DNA of 64,000 nucleotides from Escherichia coli (GTDB lineage: Bacteria; Pseudomonadota; Gammaproteobacteria; Enterobacterales; Enterobacteriaceae). How positions within the stretch are numbered: the first letter of the stretch is position 1; every line of letters starts with the position of its first letter. The position numbers were made by a program, and so were the translations under genes. The stretch is from assembly GCF_024502345.1 (NCBI RefSeq), contig NZ_JALDNN010000001.1; one strand, given 5' to 3'. Below are positions 24,579 to 39,202 of the stretch, piece by piece. The notes beneath the pieces are model-generated. The model did no database searches. It was not told the origin of the DNA and saw only the letters and a list, made by a program, of their open reading frames with translations.

Positions 24579-25913
24579 TTACTCTTCTGTCGTTTGCGGT
24601 GGCACGCCCGTTCCGCTTGGTTTACGGCGCTTACCAATATTTTTGGTGTCGCGATGGCGTTTTTTCACCCGCGGTTTCTCTTTCTCTTTAGCTTTTTTCT
24701 TCTCGGCGCGTTTTGCCAGTACTTTCTTCGATGGCTTGCCGGTCTGCTTCTCGCTTGGCGCACGCGTTTTCGGGCGTAACTCATCAATAACGCGAGCTTT
24801 AATCGGCTCTTCAATGTAACGGCCAACCTTGCCCAGCAGCAAATGGTCATGGGCTTCCACCAGCGAAATTGCGGTGCCTTTACGACCGGCGCGCGCGGTA
24901 CGTCCGATACGGTGCAAATAAGTATCGCCACTGCGCGGCATATCGAAGTTAAAGACGTGGCTGACGTCAGGAATGTCGATACCGCGCGCGGCAACATCGG
25001 TTGCAACCAGTACGTTTACGCGACCTTCGGTCAAACGCTTGATCGCTTCGTTACGCTTGCCTTGTACCATCTCACCTTCGAGATAGCAGTTGTTGATGCC
25101 CGCTTCGCGCAGCCAGTTTGCCAGCTCATGCACACGTTCACGCTTACGCACAAACACAATTGAGCGGGTCGCTTCCGGCTGTTTTAACAGATGCACCAGC
25201 AATGCGGTTTTATGTTCCAGGTCATCGGCGCGGTAATACCACTGATGAATTTTTTTGCGCTCACGGGTGGACGGATTGGCAGAAACCTCCACCGGATCTT
25301 CCAGCAGACGCTCGGCAAAGTCCTGAATCGCATCGCCTTCCAGCGTTGCCGAAAAGAGCAGGGTCTGTTTACGCCAGCGCGTTTCGCCAGCAATATGTTC
25401 GATATCCTGAGCGAAGCCCATATCCAGCATACGGTCTGCTTCGTCGAGGATCAGCGTTTCAACCGCGCGGCAATCGAAGTTCTCTTCTTTTATGTATTGC
25501 AGCAGACGTCCGGTCGTGGCGACCACGATGTCCTGATTTTCGCTGAACACTTCCGCGTGGTTCATATAGGCTACGCCGCCGGTGATGGTGGCGATATCCA
25601 GATGCGTATGTTTCGCCAGTTCGCGGGCATGATCGGCCACCTGCATCGCCAGCTCGCGAGTTGGGGTGAGGATCAAAATACGCGGCGGACCGGATTTCTT
25701 ACGTGGGAAATCGAGCAGGTGCTGCAACGCTGGCAGCAGATACGCCGCCGTTTTACCGGTGCCTGTCGGCGCAGAACCGAGTACATCACGGCCATCGAGC
25801 GCAGGCGGAATGGCGGCAGCCTGAATGGCGGTCGGGCGAGTGAAACCTTTATCCTGGAGGGCTTCCAGCAGGCTTTCGTCGAGTTCAAGTTCGGAAAAAG
25901 TCGTTACAGTCAT
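24579..25913 (-). CDS. srmB: ATP-dependent DEAD-box RNA helicase SrmB
   Basis: 444-aa ORF with Q-motif, Walker [13 protein letters not shown] box (LILDEAD) and a basic K/R-rich C-terminal tail. Confidence 0.93.
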   Translation of the reverse strand: MTVTTFSELELDESLLEALQDKGFTRPTAIQAAAIPPALDGRDVLGSAPTGTGKTAAYLLPALQHLLDFPRKKSGPPRILILTPTRELAMQVADHARELAKHTHLDIATITGGVAYMNHAEVFSENQDIVVATTGRLLQYIKEENFDCRAVETLILDEADRMLDMGFAQDIEHIAGETRWRKQTLLFSATLEGDAIQDFAERLLEDPVEVSANPSTRERKKIHQWYYRADDLEHKTALLVHLLKQPEATRSIVFVRKRERVHELANWLREAGINNCYLEGEMVQGKRNEAIKRLTEGRVNVLVATDVAARGIDIPDVSHVFNFDMPRSGDTYLHRIGRTARAGRKGTAISLVEAHDHLLLGKVGRYIEEPIKARVIDELRPKTRAPSEKQTGKPSKKVLAKRAEKKKAKEKEKPRVKKRHRDTKNIGKRRKPSGTGVPPQTTEE

Positions 25914-26044
25914 GTTCTACCTCTGTGTGGGGCGCTGATTATAGACGTTACGGCTGCAATCTTCATCTGTTTGTATGGATATCGCTTCTCGGGTATTGTT
26001 CTCACCCGGTGCTATCGCCGTTTTTCCTGCAAGGTTTTATTTTC

Positions 26045-28413
<2,369 letters not shown>

Positions 28414-28686
28414 CCGTTTGGTCAGCATAGCATCATGTTGTGCGAATAAACACCTGCTATTTTAATATTTGTTACAGTGGCTAAACACGCTGACGCAGGG
28501 CGGCGAGAAAAAGAGAAGTTACTGGCTGGTGGAGGATTAGGTGGTGAAATAAAAAGGCCGTTGGGTTACTCTTCAGGCAGTTAAATGGGCATTTCTACAC
28601 AGAGAATGCGATGTTCAGATTCTGTAGACTTATAATGATAGATAATGATCCGTCTACAGCATGACAAACAAAAACAGATGCGTTAC

Positions 28687-28714
28687 GGAACTTTACAAAA
28701 ACGAGACACTCTAA
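28687..28714 (+). promoter_or_regulatory. SigmaE-dependent autoregulated rpoE promoter
   Basis: GGAACTT (-35), 16-bp spacer, TCTAA (-10): matches the sigmaE consensus; about 85 bp upstream of the rpoE start. Confidence 0.7.
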
Positions 28715-28796
28715 CCCTTTGCTTGCTCAAATTGCAGCTAATGGAGTGGCGTTTCGATAGCGCGTGGAAATTTGGTTTGGGGAGACTTTACCTCGG

Positions 28797-29372
28797 ATGA
28801 GCGAGCAGTTAACGGACCAGGTCCTGGTTGAACGGGTCCAGAAGGGAGATCAGAAAGCCTTTAACTTACTGGTAGTGCGCTATCAGCATAAAGTGGCGAG
28901 TCTGGTTTCCCGCTATGTGCCGTCGGGTGATGTTCCCGATGTGGTACAAGAAGCTTTTATTAAAGCCTATCGTGCGCTGGATTCGTTCCGGGGAGATAGC
29001 GCTTTTTATACATGGCTGTATCGGATTGCTGTAAATACAGCGAAAAATTACCTGGTTGCTCAGGGGCGTCGTCCACCTTCCAGTGATGTGGATGCCATTG
29101 AAGCTGAAAACTTCGAAAGTGGCGGCGCGTTGAAAGAAATTTCGAACCCTGAGAACTTAATGTTGTCAGAAGAACTGAGACAGATAGTTTTCCGAACTAT
29201 TGAGTCCCTCCCGGAAGATTTGCGCATGGCAATAACCTTGCGGGAGCTGGATGGCCTGAGCTATGAAGAGATAGCCGCTATCATGGATTGTCCGGTAGGT
29301 ACGGTGCGTTCACGTATCTTCCGAGCGAGGGAAGCTATTGATAACAAAGTTCAACCGCTTATCAGGCGTTGA
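28797..29372 (+). CDS. rpoE: RNA polymerase sigma factor sigmaE (sigma-24, envelope stress)
   Basis: ATG at 28797 gives the 191-aa MSEQLTDQVLVERVQKGDQKAFNLLVVRYQHKV... protein. Confidence 0.95.
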   Translation: MSEQLTDQVLVERVQKGDQKAFNLLVVRYQHKVASLVSRYVPSGDVPDVVQEAFIKAYRALDSFRGDSAFYTWLYRIAVNTAKNYLVAQGRRPPSSDVDAIEAENFESGGALKEISNPENLMLSEELRQIVFRTIESLPEDLRMAITLRELDGLSYEEIAAIMDCPVGTVRSRIFRAREAIDNKVQPLIRR

Positions 29373-29404
29373 CGATAGCGGGATACTGGATAAGGGTATT
29401 AGGC

Positions 29405-30055
29405 ATGCAGAAAGAACAACTTTCCGCTTTAATGGATGGCGAAACGCTGGATAGTGAGCTGCTTAACGAACTGGCTCATAACCCAGAAATGCAGAAAACC
29501 TGGGAAAGCTATCACTTAATCCGTGATTCAATGCGGGGTGATACTCCCGAGGTGCTCCATTTCGATATCTCTTCACGCGTGATGGCCGCCATTGAAGAAG
29601 AGCCAGTACGTCAACCGGCGACATTGATCCCGGAAGCCCAGCCTGCGCCGCATCAATGGCAGAAAATGCCATTCTGGCAGAAAGTACGTCCGTGGGCGGC
29701 ACAGCTTACCCAAATGGGCGTAGCAGCATGCGTATCGCTTGCAGTTATCGTTGGCGTCCAGCACTATAATGGACAATCTGAAACGTCCCAGCAGCCCGAA
29801 ACGCCGGTATTTAATACACTGCCGATGATGGGTAAAGCCAGCCCGGTAAGCCTGGGAGTACCTTCTGAAGCGACCGCAAACAATGGTCAACAGCAGCAGG
29901 TACAGGAGCAGCGTCGTCGCATTAATGCAATGTTGCAGGATTACGAACTGCAACGCCGACTCCACTCTGAACAGCTTCAGTTTGAGCAGGCGCAAACCCA
30001 GCAAGCCGCTGTACAGGTGCCAGGAATTCAAACTTTAGGAACGCAATCGCAGTAA
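29405..30055 (+). CDS. rseA: Anti-sigmaE factor RseA
   Basis: ATG at 29405 gives the 216-aa MQKEQLSALMDGETLDSELLNEL... protein with a single transmembrane segment and Q-rich C-terminus; directly downstream of rpoE. Confidence 0.93.
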   Translation: MQKEQLSALMDGETLDSELLNELAHNPEMQKTWESYHLIRDSMRGDTPEVLHFDISSRVMAAIEEEPVRQPATLIPEAQPAPHQWQKMPFWQKVRPWAAQLTQMGVAACVSLAVIVGVQHYNGQSETSQQPETPVFNTLPMMGKASPVSLGVPSEATANNGQQQQVQEQRRRINAMLQDYELQRRLHSEQLQFEQAQTQQAAVQVPGIQTLGTQSQ

Positions 30056-31011
30056 TGAAGCAACTTTGGTTTGCCATGTCATTAGTGACAGGTAGCCTGT
30101 TATTCTCTGCTAACGCCTCGGCCACTCCCGCGTCCGGGGCGTTATTACAGCAGATGAACCTGGCCAGTCAGTCACTGAATTACGAGCTGTCATTCATCAG
30201 CATCAATAAACAGGGTGTTGAGTCTCTGCGTTATCGACATGCACGCCTCGATAACCGTCCTCTTGCACAATTGTTGCAAATGGATGGCCCGCGCCGGGAA
30301 GTGGTACAGCGCGGCAATGAAATCAGCTATTTTGAACCGGGACTTGAACCGTTCACGCTTAATGGCGATTACATTGTTGATTCTCTGCCATCGCTTATCT
30401 ATACCGATTTCAAACGCCTTTCTCCTTACTACGACTTTATCTCCGTCGGGCGCACGCGTATTGCTGATCGTCTTTGCGAAGTCATTCGCGTGGTTGCCCG
30501 AGATGGTACACGCTACAGCTACATCGTGTGGATGGACACCGAATCGAAATTACCGATGCGGGTTGATCTCCTTGATCGCGATGGTGAAACGCTGGAACAA
30601 TTTCGCGTGATTGCTTTTAACGTCAATCAGGATATCAGCAGCAGTATGCAGACGCTGGCGAAGGCAAATTTGCCGCCGTTGCTTTCTGTTCCTGTAGGTG
30701 AAAAAGCTAAATTCAGCTGGACGCCAACCTGGTTGCCACAGGGTTTTAGCGAAGTTTCCAGTAGTCGACGTCCGCTACCGACGATGGACAACATGCCTAT
30801 CGAATCACGTCTCTATTCCGACGGATTATTCAGCTTCTCGGTAAACGTTAACCGCGCTACGCCATCGAGCACCGATCAGATGTTGCGCACCGGACGCAGA
30901 ACCGTCAGTACAAGCGTACGTGATAACGCCGAAATCACTATTGTCGGTGAACTGCCGCCGCAAACGGCGAAACGCATTGCCGAGAATATTAAGTTCGGGG
31001 CAGCGCAATGA
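30055..31011 (+). CDS. rseB: SigmaE regulatory protein RseB (periplasmic)
   Basis: 318-aa ORF with signal peptide; ATG overlaps the rseA stop (TAATG). Confidence 0.93.
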   Translation: MKQLWFAMSLVTGSLLFSANASATPASGALLQQMNLASQSLNYELSFISINKQGVESLRYRHARLDNRPLAQLLQMDGPRREVVQRGNEISYFEPGLEPFTLNGDYIVDSLPSLIYTDFKRLSPYYDFISVGRTRIADRLCEVIRVVARDGTRYSYIVWMDTESKLPMRVDLLDRDGETLEQFRVIAFNVNQDISSSMQTLAKANLPPLLSVPVGEKAKFSWTPTWLPQGFSEVSSSRRPLPTMDNMPIESRLYSDGLFSFSVNVNRATPSSTDQMLRTGRRTVSTSVRDNAEITIVGELPPQTAKRIAENIKFGAAQ

Positions 31012-31487
31012 TCAAAGAGTGGGCTACCGTCGTCTCCTGGCAAAACGGGCAGGCGCTGGTCAGTTGTGATGTTAAAGCTTCATGCAGCAGCTGCGCTTCA
31101 CGCGCCGGTTGCGGTAGCCGCGTGTTGAATAAACTTGGCCCGCAAACCACGCATACCATTGTCGTACCCTGTGATGAACCGTTAGTGCCGGGGCAAAAAG
31201 TGGAATTGGGGATCGCCGAAGGCAGCCTGCTTAGCTCCGCATTACTGGTTTATATGTCGCCGCTGGTGGGATTATTCCTTATCGCTTCGCTATTTCAGCT
31301 ACTCTTTGCTTCTGACGTCGCAGCATTATGTGGTGCGGTCCTCGGCGGTATTGGCGGGTTCCTGATTGCGCGCGGCTACTCGCGTAAGTTTGCTGCCCGG
31401 GCAGAATGGCAACCGATCATCTTAAGCGTGGCATTGCCGCCTGGCCTTGTGCGATTTGAAACATCTTCGGAAGACGCGAGCCAGTGA
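31008..31487 (+). CDS. rseC: SigmaE regulatory protein RseC
   Basis: 159-aa membrane ORF MIKEWATVVSWQNGQALVSCDVKASCSSCASRAGCG...; 4-bp overlap with rseB. Confidence 0.9.
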   Translation: MIKEWATVVSWQNGQALVSCDVKASCSSCASRAGCGSRVLNKLGPQTTHTIVVPCDEPLVPGQKVELGIAEGSLLSSALLVYMSPLVGLFLIASLFQLLFASDVAALCGAVLGGIGGFLIARGYSRKFAARAEWQPIILSVALPPGLVRFETSSEDASQ

Positions 31488-31510
31488 TTTCACTGGCTTT
31501 GTTGCATTTT
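31479..31510 (+). terminator. Putative terminator after rseC
   Basis: Hairpin GCCAGTGA-TT-TCACTGGC followed by TTTGTTGCATTTT, overlapping the rseC stop. Confidence 0.5.
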
Positions 31511-31684
31511 GCATAACAAATGCGAGGACGTTTCCAGATACCACAATCCATACGGTATGAACATTTCCTCGCCTCAATGTTGTAGTGTAGAATGCGGCGT
31601 TTCTATTAATACAGACGTTAAGCTCAGAACAGCGACTTCTAAAAGCCTGGTTAACCGGGCATTAAGGCACAATAATCATACTTT

Positions 31685-33484
31685 ATGAAGAATATACGTA
31701 ACTTTTCGATCATAGCTCACATTGACCACGGTAAATCGACGCTGTCTGACCGTATTATCCAGATCTGCGGTGGCCTGTCTGACCGTGAAATGGAGGCGCA
31801 GGTTCTCGATTCCATGGATCTTGAGCGTGAGCGTGGCATTACCATCAAAGCGCAAAGCGTGACGCTGGACTACAAAGCGTCTGACGGCGAAACCTATCAG
31901 CTTAACTTTATCGACACCCCGGGCCACGTAGACTTCTCCTATGAAGTTTCCCGTTCGCTGGCTGCCTGTGAAGGTGCATTGCTGGTGGTCGACGCCGGGC
32001 AGGGCGTGGAAGCGCAAACCCTGGCAAACTGCTACACCGCCATGGAAATGGATCTCGAAGTGGTGCCAGTACTGAACAAGATTGACCTGCCGGCAGCCGA
32101 TCCTGAACGCGTGGCGGAAGAAATTGAAGATATCGTCGGCATCGACGCCACTGACGCGGTGCGCTGTTCAGCGAAAACCGGCGTTGGCGTGCAGGACGTT
32201 CTCGAACGTCTGGTGCGCGACATTCCGCCGCCGGAAGGCGATCCGGAAGGCCCGTTGCAGGCACTAATTATCGACTCATGGTTCGACAACTACCTGGGCG
32301 TTGTTTCACTTATCCGTATTAAAAACGGCACCCTGCGTAAGGGCGACAAAGTGAAAGTCATGAGTACCGGGCAGACCTATAACGCCGACCGTCTGGGCAT
32401 CTTCACGCCGAAACAGGTTGACCGCACTGAACTGAAATGTGGCGAAGTAGGCTGGCTGGTATGTGCGATTAAAGATATCCACGGCGCTCCAGTCGGCGAT
32501 ACCTTAACGCTGGCGCGTAATCCGGCAGAAAAGGCGCTGCCTGGCTTTAAGAAAGTCAAACCGCAGGTATACGCTGGTCTGTTCCCGGTAAGCTCCGACG
32601 ACTATGAAGCCTTCCGTGACGCGCTGGGTAAACTCAGCCTGAACGATGCCTCACTGTTCTATGAGCCGGAAAGCTCCAGCGCGCTGGGCTTTGGTTTCCG
32701 CTGCGGCTTCCTTGGCCTGCTGCACATGGAGATCATCCAGGAACGTCTGGAACGTGAATACGATCTGGATCTGATCACCACTGCGCCGACCGTAGTGTAT
32801 GAAGTTGAAACCACGTCAAGGGAAGTTATCTACGTCGACAGCCCATCCAAGCTGCCTGCGGTAAATAACATTTACGAACTGCGCGAGCCGATTGCAGAGT
32901 GTCACATGCTGCTGCCGCAGGCATATCTCGGCAACGTTATTACGCTGTGCGTAGAAAAACGCGGCGTGCAGACCAATATGGTTTACCACGGTAATCAGGT
33001 GGCGCTGACGTACGAGATCCCGATGGCGGAAGTGGTGCTCGACTTCTTCGATCGCCTGAAATCTACCTCGCGTGGTTATGCGTCTCTGGATTACAACTTC
33101 AAACGCTTCCAGGCGTCCGACATGGTACGTGTAGACGTATTAATCAACGGTGAACGTGTTGATGCGTTGGCGCTGATCACCCACCGTGATAATTCGCAAA
33201 ACCGCGGTCGCGAGTTGGTGGAGAAGATGAAAGATCTGATCCCACGCCAGCAGTTTGATATCGCCATTCAGGCAGCGATTGGTACGCACATTATTGCGCG
33301 ATCCACCGTGAAACAGCTGCGTAAAAACGTACTGGCTAAATGTTATGGCGGCGATATCAGCCGTAAGAAAAAGCTGCTGCAGAAGCAGAAAGAAGGTAAG
33401 AAACGCATGAAGCAGATCGGTAACGTCGAGCTGCCGCAGGAAGCGTTCCTCGCCATTCTGCACGTCGGCAAAGACAACAAATAA
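31685..33484 (+). CDS. lepA: Translation elongation factor 4 (LepA)
   Basis: 599-aa [26 protein letters not shown]... with GTPase G1 motif AHIDHGKST. Confidence 0.96.
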
Positions 33485-33499
33485 CCCTTAGGAGTTGGC

Positions 33500-34474
33500 A
33501 TGGCGAATATGTTTGCCCTGATTCTGGTGATTGCCACACTGGTGACGGGCATTTTATGGTGCGTGGATAAATTCTTTTTCGCACCTAAACGGCGGGAACG
33601 TCAGGCAGCGGCGCAGGCGGCTGCCGGTGACTCACTGGATAAAGCAACGTTGAAAAAGGTTGCGCCGAAGCCTGGCTGGCTGGAAACCGGTGCTTCTGTT
33701 TTTCCGGTGCTGGCTATCGTATTGATTGTACGTTCGTTTATTTATGAACCGTTCCAGATCCCGTCAGGTTCGATGATGCCGACTCTGTTAATCGGTGATT
33801 TTATTCTGGTAGAGAAGTTTGCTTATGGCATTAAAGATCCTATCTACCAGAAAACGCTGATCGAAACCGGTCATCCGAAACGCGGCGATATCGTGGTCTT
33901 TAAATATCCGGAAGATCCAAAGCTTGATTACATCAAGCGCGCGGTGGGTTTACCGGGCGATAAAGTCACTTACGATCCGGTCTCAAAAGAGCTGACGATT
34001 CAACCGGGATGCAGTTCCGGCCAGGCGTGTGAAAACGCGCTGCCGGTCACCTACTCAAACGTGGAACCGAGCGATTTCGTTCAGACCTTCTCACGCCGTA
34101 ATGGTGGGGAAGCGACCAGCGGATTCTTTGAAGTGCCGAAAAACGAAACCAAAGAAAATGGAATTCGTCTTTCCGAGCGTAAAGAGACACTGGGTGATGT
34201 GACGCACCGAATTCTGACAGTGCCGATTGCGCAGGACCAGGTGGGGATGTATTACCAGCAGCCAGGGCAACAACTGGCAACCTGGATTGTTCCGCCGGGA
34301 CAATACTTCATGATGGGCGACAACCGCGACAACAGCGCGGACAGCCGTTACTGGGGCTTTGTGCCTGAAGCGAATCTGGTCGGTCGGGCCACGGCTATCT
34401 GGATGAGCTTCGATAAGCAAGAAGGCGAATGGCCGACTGGTGTGCGCTTAAGTCGCATTGGCGGCATCCATTAA
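33500..34474 (+). CDS. lepB: Signal peptidase I
   Basis: 324-aa ORF MANMFALILVIATLVTGILWCVDK... with catalytic-serine motif SGSMMPTL. Confidence 0.95.
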   Translation: MANMFALILVIATLVTGILWCVDKFFFAPKRRERQAAAQAAAGDSLDKATLKKVAPKPGWLETGASVFPVLAIVLIVRSFIYEPFQIPSGSMMPTLLIGDFILVEKFAYGIKDPIYQKTLIETGHPKRGDIVVFKYPEDPKLDYIKRAVGLPGDKVTYDPVSKELTIQPGCSSGQACENALPVTYSNVEPSDFVQTFSRRNGGEATSGFFEVPKNETKENGIRLSERKETLGDVTHRILTVPIAQDQVGMYYQQPGQQLATWIVPPGQYFMMGDNRDNSADSRYWGFVPEANLVGRATAIWMSFDKQEGEWPTGVRLSRIGGIH

Positions 34475-34485
34475 TAGCCATCTTC

Positions 34486-34518
34486 GTTCACGTTGTCGCC
34501 GTTATGGCGACAACGTGA
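34486..34518 (+). terminator. Perfect 14-bp-stem hairpin after lepB (terminator and/or rnc leader structure)
   Basis: TTCACGTTGTCGCC-GTTAT-GGCGACAACGTGAA, 12 bp after the lepB stop; the T-run that follows is weak (TTATTTAT). Confidence 0.5.
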
Positions 34519-34715
34519 ATTATTTATGAGATAAATCTCCCGTGGCTAACGACATCCCCCGTCGTTGTGTATAGAATATTCCCCCGAAGTTTAAGGTTGG
34601 CACCTCCAGGTTGCCACGGCACACGAAACAGCGTTGGTCCCCATATACCGCTAAACTGAAACTGCAGCGAAGCAGTTAGCAGAGCCATGTATATCAGGTC
34701 TGTTTCGTGTGCTGA

Positions 34716-36328
<1,613 letters not shown>

Positions 36329-36339
36329 GAGTCACTCCG

Positions 36340-37068
36340 ATGGAAGGCTGGCAGCGCGCATTTGTCCTGCATAGTCGCCCGTGGAGCGAAACCAGCCTGA
36401 TGCTGGACGTCTTCACGGAGGAATCGGGTCGCGTGCGTCTGGTTGCCAAAGGCGCACGCTCTAAACGCTCTACTCTGAAAGGTGCATTACAGCCTTTCAC
36501 CCCTCTCTTGCTACGTTTCGGCGGGCGTGGCGAAGTCAAAACGCTGCGCAGTGCTGAAGCTGTCTCGCTGGCGCTGCCATTAAGCGGTATCACGCTTTAC
36601 AGCGGTCTGTACATCAACGAACTTCTCTCCCGCGTACTGGAATACGAGACGCGCTTCTCTGAACTCTTTTTCGATTACTTGCACTGCATTCAGTCTCTTG
36701 CAGGTGCCACTGGTACGCCAGAACCCGCGCTGCGCCGCTTTGAACTGGCACTGCTCGGGCATCTGGGCTATGGCGTCAATTTTACCCATTGCGCGGGTAG
36801 CGGCGAGCCGGTAGATGACACCATGACGTATCGTTATCGCGAAGAAAAAGGGTTTATCGCAAGCGTCGTTATCGACAATAAAACGTTCACCGGAAGGCAG
36901 TTAAAAGCGTTAAACGCGCGGGAATTTCCTGACGCAGACACACTACGCGCCGCGAAACGCTTTACCCGCATGGCGCTTAAGCCGTATCTTGGCGGTAAAC
37001 CATTAAAGAGCAGGGAACTGTTCCGGCAGTTTATGCCTAAGCGAACGGTGAAAACACATTATGAATGA
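36340..37068 (+). CDS. recO: DNA repair protein RecO
   Basis: 242-aa [44 protein letters not shown]... Confidence 0.93.
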
Positions 37069-37079
37069 TGAGGATTGTC

Positions 37080-37811
37080 ATGGCTGAATTACTGTTAGGC
37101 GTCAACATTGACCATATTGCAACGCTGCGTAACGCACGCGGTACTGCTTACCCGGATCCGGTGCAGGCGGCGTTTATTGCCGAGCAGGCGGGAGCGGACG
37201 GCATTACCGTGCATTTACGTGAAGATCGCCGCCACATTACTGACCGCGATGTGCGCATCCTGCGGCAGACGCTGGATACCCGAATGAATCTGGAGATGGC
37301 AGTGACCGAAGAGATGCTGGCGATCGCCGTTGAGACGAAGCCACATTTTTGCTGTCTGGTACCGGAAAAGCGTCAGGAAGTCACGACCGAAGGCGGCCTG
37401 GACGTCGCAGGGCAGCGTGACAAAATGCGAGATGCCTGCAAACGTCTGGCGGATGCCGGGATTCAGGTTTCTCTGTTTATCGACGCCGATGAAGAGCAGA
37501 TCAAAGCTGCGGCAGAGGTTGGCGCACCGTTTATCGAGATCCACACTGGTTGCTATGCTGATGCCAAAACTGACGCCGAACAGGCGCAAGAGCTGGCGCG
37601 TATCGCCAAAGCCGCAACCTTTGCCGCAAGCCTCGGTCTGAAAGTTAATGCTGGTCACGGTCTGACCTATCACAACGTAAAAGCCATTGCCGCCATCCCT
37701 GAGATGCACGAACTGAATATCGGTCATGCCATTATTGGCCGTGCGGTGATGACCGGGCTGAAAGAAGCCGTAGCAGAGATGAAGCGTCTGATGCTGGAAG
37801 CGCGTGGCTAA
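37080..37811 (+). CDS. pdxJ: Pyridoxine 5'-phosphate synthase
   Basis: ATG at 37080 gives the 243-aa [21 protein letters not shown]... protein. Confidence 0.93.
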   Translation: MAELLLGVNIDHIATLRNARGTAYPDPVQAAFIAEQAGADGITVHLREDRRHITDRDVRILRQTLDTRMNLEMAVTEEMLAIAVETKPHFCCLVPEKRQEVTTEGGLDVAGQRDKMRDACKRLADAGIQVSLFIDADEEQIKAAAEVGAPFIEIHTGCYADAKTDAEQAQELARIAKAATFAASLGLKVNAGHGLTYHNVKAIAAIPEMHELNIGHAIIGRAVMTGLKEAVAEMKRLMLEARG

Positions 37812-38191
37812 TGGCAATATTAGGTTTAGGTATGGATATTGTGGAGATCGCTCGCATAGAAGCGGTGATCGCCCGATCCGGTGATCGCCTGGCACGCCGC
37901 GTATTAAGCGATAACGAATGGGCTATCTGGAAAACGCACCACCAGCCGGTGCGTTTTCTGGCGAAGCGTTTTGCTGTGAAAGAAGCGGCGGCAAAAGCGT
38001 TTGGCACCGGGATCCGCAATGGTCTGGCGTTTAATCAGTTTGAAGTATTCAATGATGAGCTCGGCAAACCACGGCTACGGCTATGGGGTGAGGCATTAAA
38101 ACTGGCGGAAAAGCTCGGCGTTGTAAATATGCATGTAACGCTTGCCGATGAGCGGCACTATGCTTGTGCCACGGTAATTATTGAAAGTTAA
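37811..38191 (+). CDS. acpS: Holo-[acyl-carrier-protein] synthase
   Basis: 126-aa [35 protein letters not shown]...; ATG overlaps the pdxJ stop (TAATG). Confidence 0.95.
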   Translation: MAILGLGMDIVEIARIEAVIARSGDRLARRVLSDNEWAIWKTHHQPVRFLAKRFAVKEAAAKAFGTGIRNGLAFNQFEVFNDELGKPRLRLWGEALKLAEKLGVVNMHVTLADERHYACATVIIES

Positions 38192-38217
38192 AAATAATAC
38201 CGTTCTATTTATAAAGT

Positions 38218-38256
38218 AAAACCCCCGAACTGGTAAGGAACGGGGGTTTTACTTTT
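38218..38256 (+). terminator. Rho-independent terminator of the rnc-era-recO-pdxJ-acpS cluster
   Basis: Hairpin AAACCCCCGAACTGGTAAGGAACGGGGGTTT followed by TACTTTTT. Confidence 0.7.
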
Positions 38257-38611
38257 TAACTTTAATTTTGTGCAGCATGCACCCTCAACAACAGCGATTA
38301 TGGATCAGTGTGCTTATCTTTTACAAGCAACTTGCAATCTTTAGCATAAAAACTCGAGCCTTTACGAAGAAAGCAATATTGATGGAAAGATTTACGTGAC
38401 CGCCAATTCGTAAGTACATTAAAATTGGCTTCGTTATTGAAGATTTTGCTGTGCTTTACACCATGCCACAGAATTCCCCCATTGAAACGAGTGGTGTCGT
38501 CAAAGCTCTGGTGTGGAGTGCAGCATGCACCCTCAATAACTCGCACGTTCAGTTTTGGGGAGATGTAAGGGCTAATCTGAACGGCTGCATTCCTTGTTTA
38601 AGGAAAAACGA

Positions 38612-38692
38612 ATGACTGATTGCCGATACCTTATTAAACGGGTCATCAAAATCATCATTGCTGTTTTACAGCTGATCCTTCTGTTCTTGTAA
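38612..38692 (+). CDS. shoB: Type I toxin ShoB (26-aa hydrophobic membrane peptide)
   Basis: ATG ACT GAT TGC CGA TAC CTT ATT AAA ... = MTDCRYLIKRVIKIIIAVLQLILLFL*; below the ORF-track size cut-off; lies in the acpS–yfhL intergenic region where shoB/ohsC sits in K-12; a GC hairpin follows. Confidence 0.8.
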   Translation: MTDCRYLIKRVIKIIIAVLQLILLFL

Positions 38693-38886
38693 CACCAGGA
38701 AACGTACTTAAGGCGCGTCCGGTGAACCAGCCTGGCGCGCCTTTAATAATTCTAAATAAGTGTTTGTGCAGATATTGTTGTAATTCATTAAATGAATAAT
38801 ATTTATAATAACATTACGTAAATAAATATAATAACCTGAAGGTTTGCACAATAAAGTCATCAATATTCTGCTCCGGGAGCAGAATA

Positions 38887-39183
<297 letters not shown>

Positions 39184-39202
39184 TTATACGCGCATTCTTT
39201 AC

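Noticed and set aside
38298-38546. 82-aa minus-strand ORF in the acpS–yfhL intergenic region
   Set aside because: Overlaps the expected shoB 5' UTR/ohsC region and the 19-bp direct repeats; no SD or motif; more likely non-coding regulatory RNA sequence. Low confidence either way.
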